DNA of 64,000 bases from contig JAUCBJ010008566.1 in assembly GCA_032718475.1 (NCBI GenBank), positions 10,477 to 74,476 of the forward strand. The letters run 5' to 3'. Every line of letters starts with the position of its first letter. Position 1 is the stretch's first letter. The notes beneath the pieces were generated by a model. That model was not told where the DNA came from. It worked only from the letters and a program-made list of their open reading frames with translations, and ran no database searches. The position numbers and the translations under genes were made by a program. The stretch is from Nemertoderma westbladi. Its lineage: Eukaryota; Animalia; Xenacoelomorpha. Shown here piece after piece: positions 52,901-62,660 of this stretch.

Positions 52901-55017
52901 AGCCTACTTTCCCTTACTGTGCCCTTGAATTGCTGGACAGTCTCCTGCATCTGCCCGAGCAGGATATCCATCCCCCGCCGTCTCTCGTCTACCCAATCAA
53001 CCGCCGAAACGGGATCCGCCAACGTCGTAGCGGGCGGACGAGGGACAACGGGCGACAAATTGTGAATATTTCGCTCGGGGTCCAGGACCTGAACTGTCTC
53101 CTGGGCAGTTCTGCGGGGCACAGGTAGCTTAGTGCTATGCAGAGGGAATTTAGAGGTAGTTTCAGGGAGCACAGGTATGTCTATCACCGAAGGGGTGATT
53201 TCAAGAACAGGCCTAATTATTTCAGGCTCATCTACTATAGTAGGGAGTCTTTCTATTGTAATTATTTGGTCTGTGGGTTCTGTACTCTCTAAGTTGTTGT
53301 TATTTAGTTGCCTTCTAACAGCTGGAGGCAAATCAGGCAATTTCTGCCGGTGGAATGTTCTTTTACGTCTGCTTAGGCGAGATCGATTTCTTCCGCCTTC
53401 AGTGTCGGTGGTATCGCCTTCCTCAGATGAGGTATACCCTTGTCTCTTGGGAGTAGATCGACTCATCATCTGCATATTGCTCGCTGTTAACTGTTTATTG
53501 AAGTTGTCTTGCCTCTCTTGAAGATTTTCCAACGCTAGTTGGGTTGCCTCTTCAGATGCCCTCCGTTCTGCTTCTGCCACTGCCTCTGCTGTTTTTCTTT
53601 CGGCTTCTGCCGCTGCCAGTGCTGCTGCCGCTTTCCTTTCCGCTTCGGCCTCTGCCACTGCCACTGCTGCTGCTGCTTTCCTTTCCGCTTCGGCCTCTGC
53701 CACTGCCACTGCTGCTGCTGCTTTCCTTTCCGCTTCGGCCTCTGCCACCGCTGCCTTTCTTTCCGCTTCTGCCTCTGCCACTGCTGTTGCTGCCTTTCTT
53801 TCCGCTTCTGCCTCTGCCACTGCTGCTGCCACTGCCACTGCCTTTCTATCTTCTATACGTTTTTTCTTTACTTGTTCTTCTTGGTCTCTAGCGATGCGGA
53901 GTAGTTCATCGAATTTAGCTTGGTTCGCAGCTAACCTATCCACATCAATTGCATCCAACACACGCTGGGCTCCTTCACTATTAGGGCTAAGCCCATCTAG
54001 TCTTCTCCTCAACTCTTCATCACCTACGAAACGCTGATAGTCTGACAGATAGATATCAATGGCATCCTTCTTATGCGGTTTCTCTGCCGTCGCTTCACTT
54101 TCCACTTGGGAAAAAGTAGCGTCTGTTGATTCTCCATGGGTTGAGCGCTCCTCCAACTGAGCTTTCCACTGAGCTGCTCCTTGAACCTGGCGACTCACCC
54201 GTTGAAACCAAGTCTTTACGGCAACTTGCAACGACGTGTCTTGCCTTCTTTTAGAAGCCTCCTCAAAGGCGGATAAGATTAGCCTAATTCGTAGAACTCT
54301 TTCTCTAACTTGATAAAGCAGCGATCCCTGCTCTTGAGGTCCTTGAGGTTGTTTAAACAGTTGTCTTTCTACTCGCTCCATAGAGCTGAAGAATCCCTGG
54401 GCGTATCCGGCTGCGGACCTCTTCCATACAGCTGGATCGATGGTTTCCTTGGCTACTCCCATCCGGTGTATGTCTTCCCAGGCAGCTTCTGATAAATCAA
54501 ACGGGAGTCCGGGTCCGGGGAAGTTCCATTGCGACTCGACAATAGACTTCAGTTCTTCACTAGTGTATCCCGCGTAGTTATCTCTAGTTGACAGTTGACT
54601 TCTCGCCCAATCGATCTGGTGTTCTTCCACCGCGATCAATAACCCAGCGAGCACGGCTGCAGGAAGGATGAGAAGGGGATCCGTATAAACCGCATCCGTC
54701 ATCTCTGCTCCGCTCTCGGGTGTCAGCTCTACAGTATCCTCACTACTGGAGCTGCTGGGCCGCTGAGGAATAAGTTCTTGACTAGTGGGTTGTTGCTGTT
54801 CCGCTGCCTTTTGGTCCCGCTTGACCTGAGCTCGGGTGCCTATGATAGACCTACGATGTTGGACCAGCCTAGGTTCTGTTATTACTACTGGAGGGATGAC
54901 CTTCCTCACAGTGGGAGGTGAACTGGATTTACGACCAGACGTTTGTACGTCTCTATCTGAGTCGCAGATAGTTACATCTAATAAACTGTCTGACAGGTTC
55001 CGCCTAGTATCAGACAT
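49963..55017 (-). CDS. BEL/Pao Gag-aspartic protease polyprotein (1684 aa) lacking RT, RNase H and integrase
   Basis: DUF1759-like KFNGDEMKWLPF...LSNGEKLRYL. Triple Cys-His motifs CVLCDGPH..C, CYNCLRRGH..C, CAQCGAKHHILLH. Protease ALLDSGS, ILIG, AVRTRVGWYLTGP. No YxDD or DDE motif found. Confidence 0.93.
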   Translation of the reverse strand: MSDTRRNLSDSLLDVTICDSDRDVQTSGRKSSSPPTVRKVIPPVVITEPRLVQHRRSIIGTRAQVKRDQKAAEQQQPTSQELIPQRPSSSSSEDTVELTPESGAEMTDAVYTDPLLILPAAVLAGLLIAVEEHQIDWARSQLSTRDNYAGYTSEELKSIVESQWNFPGPGLPFDLSEAAWEDIHRMGVAKETIDPAVWKRSAAGYAQGFFSSMERVERQLFKQPQGPQEQGSLLYQVRERVLRIRLILSAFEEASKRRQDTSLQVAVKTWFQRVSRQVQGAAQWKAQLEERSTHGESTDATFSQVESEATAEKPHKKDAIDIYLSDYQRFVGDEELRRRLDGLSPNSEGAQRVLDAIDVDRLAANQAKFDELLRIARDQEEQVKKKRIEDRKAVAVAAAVAEAEAERKAATAVAEAEAERKAAVAEAEAERKAAAAVAVAEAEAERKAAAAVAVAEAEAERKAAAALAAAEAERKTAEAVAEAERRASEEATQLALENLQERQDNFNKQLTASNMQMMSRSTPKRQGYTSSEEGDTTDTEGGRNRSRLSRRKRTFHRQKLPDLPPAVRRQLNNNNLESTEPTDQIITIERLPTIVDEPEIIRPVLEITPSVIDIPVLPETTSKFPLHSTKLPVPRRTAQETVQVLDPERNIHNLSPVVPRPPATTLADPVSAVDWVDERRRGMDILLGQMQETVQQFKGTVRESRLELQEVQQSIALERDKLVNTQKGIPPPSVTMCQPVRSEVLHAQGVEPTRIYTASEVETPIVNPIKGNYRPVDNDIPYRPDHNPRNLYTDNSILNNTMAQESFTRQMARTEARQAVKVGEIVKFNGDEMKWLPFNEYYKDNIQNSVLSNGEKLRYLIECLEGSPKLMALKFIGHPDGLRQVWDTLNIRYGNRNNIAKYLYAKLVAPRKFISSGIIEFSDEIQEICRQLDWLGKSHEYQSSMVIGAVASTLPKGGVGTRWDKKVLYMMEQQRRDPTMADLMSFLDGEVKLQLLKQSREKTPENKVSEKPVSRRKVTPVCYTDDGESQTSQGEDSGKDTDRSYYVNKMPKDQVSKFKSRTNDRREQVRKTPPTSPKRIQVRKPEERASVHNVTQNKVSNIKPKCVLCDGPHRLNACDKFLRKSLEDRREVMWDKRLCYNCLRRGHQRRTCNSDARCAQCGAKHHILLHTEFERNSPSQVSESELHVQFSDVNDTDQSEMEGFYTDEFSDQNESCYLINTTAVYRALVHEKDTDSDLTLTTSDQQPSWKAPTSNIGIREFPVVQVRVHGPKRSYVVNALLDSGSTGTFIDKELAEDIFAGQPKFQTKLNMSGIMQVWKSTITADYYVGALSTPQDELGEHSIRSVKMVAIKNFATTQADLYNWDEDESIQHLNIPRFQTDYPGVQILIGQNAHEALETLEKRPAQPQPLQPYAVRTRVGWYLTGPSRRTLRERLLQDRVCQRSKWEDDTSEGDDPTEGTPHSSDNDNLSSNVDQWRYCPKKFKPTDIASRGATPQELTDTTDRLGEPDFLSKENECPPHLTPTEIIPAKGAEKVEPETRTCGSELFEPGIDLSVLHVARDDAVDLGLPSASGSFMKIRESDWSSGTSDVSQGLSPLLQRATDHYSSWNRLCDAVIHFERCFYRHYSRTKRKPGIVFRMQRLNHPVGRLCLSEGNGGLSGNCGRQDSLPTTTSLILQTSRDSIT

Positions 55018-56329
55018 GACTATGCATACCGCTGAATGTCTACTGCTGTATTACAGTCTAAGCAAGTCTAGTAACTCAGTATGAACTGCTAGCCTAGTAA
55101 TTAATTACCGTTACTGCTACTCAGTGTAGCGTGATATATATATAATATATTAGAATACCGGTATACTTATAGTATATATAACTATTATTACAGACTAGGT
55201 TTATCACAGAATACCGGTATAATTTTAGCACAAATATATATAAATATATAATAGGCCTATCGGAATACCGGTATACAGCTTACAGTTTGTAGGATATATA
55301 ATTCTGAAATAGAATTAATTACAAGTACCGGTATAATTTCAGCCTAGATTTATAGAAATAAAGATAATAGGCCTATCGTAAATACCGGTATATCAATTAT
55401 TTCAAATAATTGAATTTCTGTTACTTTAGGGTTACTTTGTTACTTTATTACTGTTATTTGAGCAGTAATCCAACTGATATTGAGACCTGATGGTTGTATG
55501 GTAGGCCTACGATTTATAAATCGTTAGATTTGATTTATAATATATATATACCCGTTTTAATGGGTTTTGTCAATGTTTGAAATAAATGTTATTATTTCTG
55601 GGGAGTAATCACTACACAAAGCGGTGCGCTTTCAGTGAAGTGTTACGTACAGGACACTAAAACAAATAATACTAATTTACCTAAGTTACTTAATACTATA
55701 AATTACGTACAATTCGGGTGAGATTACAATCTCTAAATAAACACCAAAATTTTACAAAAACACAAATACGAATTTTTAGGGTAATTTTACAAGAAGTCTA
55801 CAAACCAGCCTAACAAAGGGTTAGAAAACTGATTATTACAGCGGACAGGGTACTACGGTATTTGAAATAATAAGTAGTAGTAAATACACTGCGTTGTCTA
55901 GATAGGAAAATACCACCGCCTGACGACCTATAGCCGTATCGCTATAGGTTCTACGTTATGTATCACGGAGTGTTCCTACCTAGAAGTTAATAGAGCTAAT
56001 CGAATGTGCCTATCAACCACTTTACAACACAAATATAATGCCTACAATAATTACTTCGGAAAGTACTATACACTAAACCCTAAATTAGGTACGAGTACTT
56101 GTATAACAAATAATCAGTAGTTAAATATACTTGAACAGCTAAAAGAACCACGGTATCTGCTGGAGTGACCGATGCACAAAATCACCAGTCTTTACCTACG
56201 CCGAGCAGCCCGTGTAGTACCGAGGTTAATTTAACTATAGCGGTATGTATAACAAACACAATTACTGTAGGAACAAACTTGGGGACTTGAATGTTGCGAA
56301 TAATCGCATAAACTCTGAATAATAAATAT

Positions 56330-56900
56330 TACGCTACGCGTACAAACTACTCAAACAAAATACAGACCGAACACTGACAGACTACTATCAAGCCTAAACA
56401 AACTACAGTATATGCAGACTCCGAAATGATTAGGGAGTATGCGCTCTAACCCAGTAGTGCGACTTATTCTTTAGTTGGGGGATTACCTTACAGCGTTCGC
56501 TGCCCCTACTGCCTAATCGTACTTAATCGGACAGATGATCTACACACGCGGCAATCCGTTCAGACCTAATAACAGCCAGACAACTATCCAGCCTACAAAT
56601 TATCTAAATAAAATTATACGCTACCCGTACAGACTTACACAAACAGAGTACAGACTAAACGATGGCAGACTACTCTCAAGCCTAAATAAACTACAGGACA
56701 TGCAGACTCCGAAATGATTAGGGAGTATGCGCTCTAACCCAGTAGTGCGACTTATTCTTTAGCTGGGGGATTACCTTACCGCATTGGCTGCCCCTACTTC
56801 CTAACCGTACTTAATCGGACAAGTGCTCTACACACACTGCAATTCGTTCGGACTTAACAGCAATCAGACAACAGCTCAACCTACAAATTGTCTGTACAAT
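56330..56900. repeat. ~290-bp tandem duplication in the leader of copy C
   Basis: TGCAGACTCCGAAATGATTAGGGAGTATGCGCTCTAACCCAGTAGTGCGACTTATTCTTTAG at ~56412 and ~56701; single copy in B (~21290-21570). Confidence 0.9.
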
Positions 56901-57149
56901 CTGATCAGGTTTACACGCCTTCTGTTCAATACTGGCCTACAAACAAATAAAACTTGACAGAAATAAGTAAAAATCTCAATAAAAAACCAGGGCTGCAGTC
57001 CCTGATTAATTATTAAGGCCTACTGGTATATAATAATCAAAATCGAATAATACTGCTGTAGGTACCGGTCCGGATGATCAGGCAGTCAGGCCTACTGGTT
57101 ACCGGTCGACCGGTACTTTCGACTTTATTGCTTATTGCAATAAAGAAGC

Positions 57150-57161
57150 TATATCCTTTAA
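57150..57161 (-). promoter_or_regulatory. Non-tRNA primer-binding site candidate of copy C (TTAAAGGATATA)
   Basis: Abuts the 5' LTR with no spacer. Exact complement of TATATCCTTTAA on the same strand inside the LTR (57880-57891). Confidence 0.75.
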
Positions 57162-58358
57162 TGTTCGCGCTTTCAGACCTTTGGCAGTTTAACCCACCAA
57201 ATTAAGATGTCTTCTAGATATTAAATCGGTTTTTAGTCTATGACAAGTATTTGATTCACTACACTAGTCGAAACCAATCCGTGCGCGACCATTCACCCGC
57301 TGGAGATTCCCGGGAGATTGGGTTCGACGGTTTAATTTTATTGCTATGTAAGCCTAATGTATTATTCGACTGACAGTATTATATAATCTCTGACAATATT
57401 ATTCACCTTCGGGAATATTAACAGTTCCTTTAGGACGTGGCGCTTTATCTATATAAACAGAGTTATAACTTAAACTACTCACAACGATATGGCTTAATTA
57501 TAATTCACATATATGGCGCATTCTTTAGGAATTGCTTCTTTAACAGACTCACTCATACACAATGCTGCACAATACTGCATACTAATCTGCCAATCTTCAC
57601 TGATTTTAGTCACATATAAAAGGAACACAGACTGACTCATGTAGGGTCTATCAAATAACATTAGATTCACTTCAAACCACTTTAACATAAGTCACAATCG
57701 TTTATCTGTAACCTTTCTCTCTTACCTTCGGTACATCAAGAACATTGGGTTTCGGGGTTGTTTATCGTTATTCCAAATATAATAATTCATCAACCATATT
57801 ATGAAGAACTGACGGTAAATAGCAGTATAAAACAACAAGTCAGTACCGGTATGTCAGCAATGAGATATAGGCATGTCCGTTAAAGGATATATGCCCTTTA
57901 TAATTAAACCTACTAGTGTACGACTAAAAAGCAGTACAGCACAAAATACTTCCAAGCCGTTCTTTCTTTGGCTCAAGACTGAATGTAAACACTGCACATA
58001 GGCATTGCGTCATTTCTCGGAAATTTTCTGTACAAGGAGCCACAAAAACGCTCTCATTGGCTGACTGAACCGAGAGACGCCGTAGAACAAAGGAAATCAA
58101 CACGTATGAATGTCAGCTGTTAACCGTAGTCATAGTAACTACTGTTCAAGAGTAGCTATCACCCTTTTGCGTCACGAATTGCCATAGAATCATAAAAATA
58201 TGCCTTTCACAGTACACATACGGAGGAAATAGGTCTTAGATCCTCTAAAAACACCGATACAGCAATAATACGGTCTCTTACACTTATTAAATCAACTACA
58301 GAGTATTTTAATGTAAAAGATAATAAAATAACGGGGCAATTCAGCAAAGGCTTTTACA
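57162..58358 (-). repeat. 5' LTR of copy C
   Basis: TGTAAAAG...CGCGAACA on the minus strand; CCAAT box at 58056-58060. Confidence 0.97.
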
Positions 58359-58641
58359 AGCTGGGAGATGAAGCCATGGTTATATCATGGTCTACCAGGG
58401 TCTCGTCGCCATCTTCTCCTGTTGATGATGTGGCAGCCGGTTGGGATGCACTGTTGTTTTTGGAAGGCGATATGTCGCGCGAAGTGCCGGAGACGACTTG
58501 CTGCGAACTGACAGCTCCCAGTGCGTTACAACAGCGCCCACTCGCCATCGGAGCACAGGAGGCGCATGGCAATCCCGACCTCGCACACGAACAACGAACG
58601 CAGCGACCAGATCTAGGGTTGCAACCACAGCAAGCAGGCAT
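58359..58641 (-). CDS. N-terminal segment of the CRE1 ORF with Cys-rich CXC-like motif
   Basis: MPACCGCNPRSGRCVRCSCARSGLPCASCAP...MASSPS joins in frame to SSFQLPNR...IVMPPGY at 45764. Confidence 0.9.
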
Positions 58642-58968
58642 CGCGACAGACAGATACTCCAAGAGGGCGAGAGAGAGAAGGATCGAGCAAACTTGCTATT
58701 AAACCAGACACAGGCAGAATATAGTATTAGGCAAGTTAGAACTCGTACAGTCCCGTCAGTACATTGTATGTGCTCGTGCTCAATTACTACAATAGGTCTA
58801 TTTCAGGTTTGAACTCTCGTGTAATTCATTTCAAGTGCAGCTTGGTTACTATTGTGTATAATGCGACATACATGGCACTGCTTGGGCACAGCGCTTTAAA
58901 TGCTGCAGCCTAGCCCAACCCTGGCTCTCACCTTCAGTGGTCGATAAAGGGGAACCAAGGTAACTTAT

Positions 58969-59480
58969 GAAACAGAGTGGAAGGGTTTACTGTGGAAGAT
59001 CAGCCATGGTGGTGAACAGACATTCCTTTAGGAAACAGACAGAGTGGAAGGGTATACTGTGGAAGATCACCCATGGTGATGAACAGGCATTCCTTTAGGA
59101 AACAGAGTGGAAGAGCTTTACTGTGGAAGATCACCCATGGTGGTGAACAGGCATTCCTTTAGGAAACAGATTTGAAGGGTTTACTGTGAAAGATCACCCA
59201 TGGTATAGAACAGGCATTCCTTTAGGAAACAGAGTGGAAGGGTTTACTGTGAAAGATCATCCATGGTAGTGAACAGACATTCAATAGGAAACAGAGTGGA
59301 AGGGTTTGCTGTGGAAGATCACCCATGTTGGTGAACAGGCATTCCTTTAGGAAACAGATTTGAAGGGTTTACTGTGAAAGATCACCCATGGTATAGAACA
59401 GGCATTCCTTTAGGAAACAGAGTGGAAGGGTTTACTGTGGAAGATCACCCATGGTGGTGAACATGGAACATGCATTCCTT
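58969..59480. repeat. ~62-bp tandem repeat, ~8 copies
   Basis: Unit GAAACAGAGTGGAAGGGTTTACTGTGGAAGATCACCCATGGTGGTGAACAGGCATTCCTTTAG. Confidence 0.93.
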
Positions 59481-59487
59481 GGCTTAA

Positions 59488-60674
59488 CCCTATTAGTACC
59501 GGGCTATAAAATGCTGTACAAATACATATCCGTCTCATTTTTTGTTTGTACGTAGGTATCACTAGTCTGGATCCGACCCAAAAAAAAAATTTTCGAAAAA
59601 ATGTACTGGGGTGGTAATATTGCAGCACTAAAATAGTGCACAATTTTCACAAAATATGAAAGTTACATTTTTGGCTAATTAATTTTCAATACAGGCTTTC
59701 TGGAGCGCAAAATACATTGGAAAATATTTAAAAATGATACGATTATCATAATTGGCTGTTTAGTCCTCTATGTGTAGGCAAAAAATGAAAAAAACAAGTA
59801 ACCAGCACTTTTCAGTTAGAACACAAAATTTTTAATTCACTTATACGATGCTATGAATTCACATTTTCAGGTTTTCTAGGGCGCTGATTCTAATGTAATA
59901 CATTTCAATTATGCCAGATCATTGCTACTAGTATTTTTCGGCGTAATTTGGCAAATTTTGGTGCTAGCACCAAATTTCGTACCCATCACCAAAAAGTACA
60001 AGTTTGCGATGTCCAGTGCTGTTTTTATTGATTCCATCGGATTCAGGACCCTCATAAACCCGTATAACGCAAGAAGCAAGATGATACTATCTACTGATAA
60101 ATTTACTCATTTTCCAAAATTTGGTGCAAAACAACAATTTTCACCCACCGGCGAAAAATACAAGTTTGATACGCTTGGTGCAACTCATATATATTTCATC
60201 GAAACCAGAACCCCAAAAACCCCAATTGCGTAAAAAACAAGTTGCAAACAATCAATTTACAAAATTGACATATTTCAAAATTTGGTGCTGGCACCAAAAT
60301 TTGGCACCCGCCGAAAAAAACAAGTTTGAAATTTCTAAATAAATTTGTATGAATTCCTTCCAATTGCTAACACTACAAATCCGGTGTAAATCAAAAATAG
60401 AGATGATAAAATTAATATTTAATGAAATGTAATTTTCAAAAAACGTCTTGTGCCAAAAAAAAAGTGCCAAAAGTAGGGTTAAAAAATGGTGATATAACTC
60501 GAAAACTACACAATATGTTTGTAAACGGTTTTCACTAATAGGAAGACAATAGAGTTTTAGGAAAAGTCATAAAATTTCAGATTCCCAACTGCGTTTGTTT
60601 CAGAATTATAATAAAAAAACCACGGGGGTCATATTGAGCCACCCCCCCCCCCCCCCCCCCCGGGTTTAATAGGG
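59488..60674. mobile_element. Non-autonomous piggyBac-like element
   Basis: TTAA|CCCTATTA..CCG at 59484 and CGG..TAATAGGG|TTAA ending at 60678; subterminal poly-C as in 4354-5759; no transposase. Confidence 0.8.
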
Positions 60675-60992
60675 TTAACGAGCCTAAAAGATTCTCCCAT
60701 TCTAATGCGACATAGAGTTGTTCTAGAATTTGGTCTATGTTAAATAATCCTGTGTTATCTACTACTTTGTTTATTAGTTACATTTCTTACTTAGACGTTT
60801 AGTTAAAATTAGATCGGAATATGTGCTACTTATGTAAATATGGGGAATTTATTGTAACTGTTTTTATAGTGAAGTTTCTGGAATAACTAAAATTAAAATT
60901 AAAAATTGAAGATTATCTTCCTGGTCATATAATCCTTCCATACTACTTACTACTACTGCAGCAGTAGAGTGGTAGGTCTACTACCGGTAAGA

Positions 60993-61885
60993 TACTACTA
61001 CTACTACTACTAGGATCAGCATGCTGCAATGCAGTTGCAATTTTAAGAATGCTGTTGCGGCTTATCGACAAAATTGCGCCGCCACAACTCCCTATCACCC
61101 ATGACATTTGCTAGATCATCCGCATCTTTAAGGCCAGTGTCCTTCAAGATGCGTCTCAAGAAAGTCATGGGCTGTCCACCATGCTTATTCACTCCATGAG
61201 GCTGCCAAAATACAAGATTATGTACTGGCTGGTCCTCACGGCGAAAACAATGTCCTGCAAAGCGGAGGCGACTTTGTTCTAGTGTTAAGCTTGGGGGAAC
61301 CAATGAGACACCTCCAATGTTATATAGTGTCTGGTTGGAGATGTGAGCATTGTACTTGACACAATGAACCCGGCGTAGCATTCTTGTGAATGTGCCATCC
61401 AGAGATTTGGTGTCCTCAGCAGTTAGAGCCCAGCATGGACTCCCATAGAGGAGTACTGGAACTACTGCTGCTCTAAATAATCGGACCTTAAGTTTCCGAT
61501 TAATTCTCGGTGACTTCCAAATCCTGGAAAGCCTATTCAAGGCTGTCCTGTCCATGCCTTTCCCTTACGTATTCGAAGGTCCTCACCTGACTTCCGGATC
61601 CATCATCTCAGGTAACAGAAGTGTCCACATGCTCAAGCATACCATCCTTTGAGCTTATGCTCATCCGGTCAGAGACTTGCTGGGGACTTTCAAAGTTAAC
61701 TGTCAAAATGTTTGTCTTTTTTGGAGTTAATAAAAAGACCAACACTAGAAGCAGCCTGTTCTAATGAGCTGAGGAGCCGCTGGGCTCCCTCTAGTGATTC
61801 TGAGAGTACTCCTAAGTCATCAGCAAAGTCTAGATCAGTTAGGTACTTGGCAGGATTTCCTCGACTTCTGGAGCCAGTAGGTGAG
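60993..61885 (-). mobile_element. 5'-truncated RTE-type LINE with (TAG)n tail
   Basis: YLTDLDFADDL...GLFINSKKT at ~61715-61850. C-terminal ORF 61043-61555 (LLYGS..W, RLRFAGHC, DRELW). (TAC)n on the plus strand at 60993-61013. Confidence 0.9.
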
Positions 61886-62459
61886 TTATCATCACTACAT
61901 CATCATTATGAAGATCTAAGGAAATGCGTAGAACTTAGTCAACCACAATAATTATGAACAATGAATGACAAATGAGGCCAACCCGGTATTTGTATAACAT
62001 TTTATAGCGCGGTACTAATAGGGTTAAATCATCATAGCTGTAATGACTTCACTTTATTGATTTCTTACGTAATGTTGTAGACCAGGAGTTACTTTAGGAA
62101 AGAAGGTAGACCTAGAAATACTACCAGATACCTTGTTGATGTCCGCAATTTATGTAATATTGTTAGCATTAGAATTATATGCCAGGTGGTTGAGCATTGT
62201 GAGACTATCTATTTATTATTATTAAATAATAAGGTTGAATTAAAGCTTTCGGATTCTTACTGGTTTCGTACATTTTATTTTCAGCCTTTTATCAATTCAT
62301 CGGGCCTTTTAAATGTATAATTATATTTCAACATGAATGATTTTGTTACTTTAATATAAGTGCAGGACAATCCACTACTGCATGAAACACGGCATCTGTC
62401 TCTTATATAATCTCCATCTGTCTATATAATATTGGACAGTTCATAGATCAAAAATATGC

Positions 62460-62660
62460 ACAAGCCCCTGTGGGGCGAGCCACGAAGTGAGTGAGCCTTA
62501 GCGTAGTGGTACCATTAATCAACCTGTCGTTCTGTCGTTCTGTCGTTCTGTCGTTCTGTCGTGTTCAATTTTAAACGTTAATAACTCGGCCAATCTTTGA
62601 TGAAATCTATCCAAACTTGGTACACATGTTGTTTGGCAAAAGTTTAGAAATTTTCCAAGT
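62460..62660 (+). repeat. Possible DINE-1/HINE-like non-autonomous element end with (TCTGTCGT)n microsatellite
   Basis: GC-rich GCGAGCCACGAAGTGAGTGAGCC, then an 8-bp repeat at ~62524-62562, then AATAACTC...AAACTTGGTACACATG. Architectural resemblance only. Confidence 0.35.

Larger units (their letters stand above)
45770..58358 (-). mobile_element. BEL/Pao LTR retrotransposon copy C, complete ends, non-autonomous (gag-protease only)
   Basis: 1197-bp LTRs at 45770-46966 and 57162-58358, TG...CA, no differences seen by eye. 5-bp TSD AGCTG at 45765-45769 and 58359-58363. PPT-like GGGAGCGG abuts the 3' LTR. Confidence 0.97.
41038..58791 (-). mobile_element. Full-length young CRE-like non-LTR retrotransposon CRE1 (~5.2 kb: 41038-45769 + 58364-58791), interrupted by BEL copy C
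   Basis: 13-bp TSD ATAGGTCTATTTC at 41025-41037 and 58792-58804. Poly(A) tail seen as T-run 41043-41068. ORF is continuous once 45770-58363 is removed. Confidence 0.95.

Noticed and set aside
53132-53904. Plus-strand Cys/Leu-rich ORFs opposite gag
   Set aside because: Antisense shadows of the Ala/Glu repeat.
57892-57905. TATAAA as the LTR TATA box
   Set aside because: Only ~10 nt upstream of the predicted start and reads TACAAG in copy B; cannot be supported as a canonical TATA box.
58969-59480. CRISPR or tRNA cluster
   Set aside because: Contiguous ~62-bp tandem units without unique spacers or cloverleaf/box A-B motifs.
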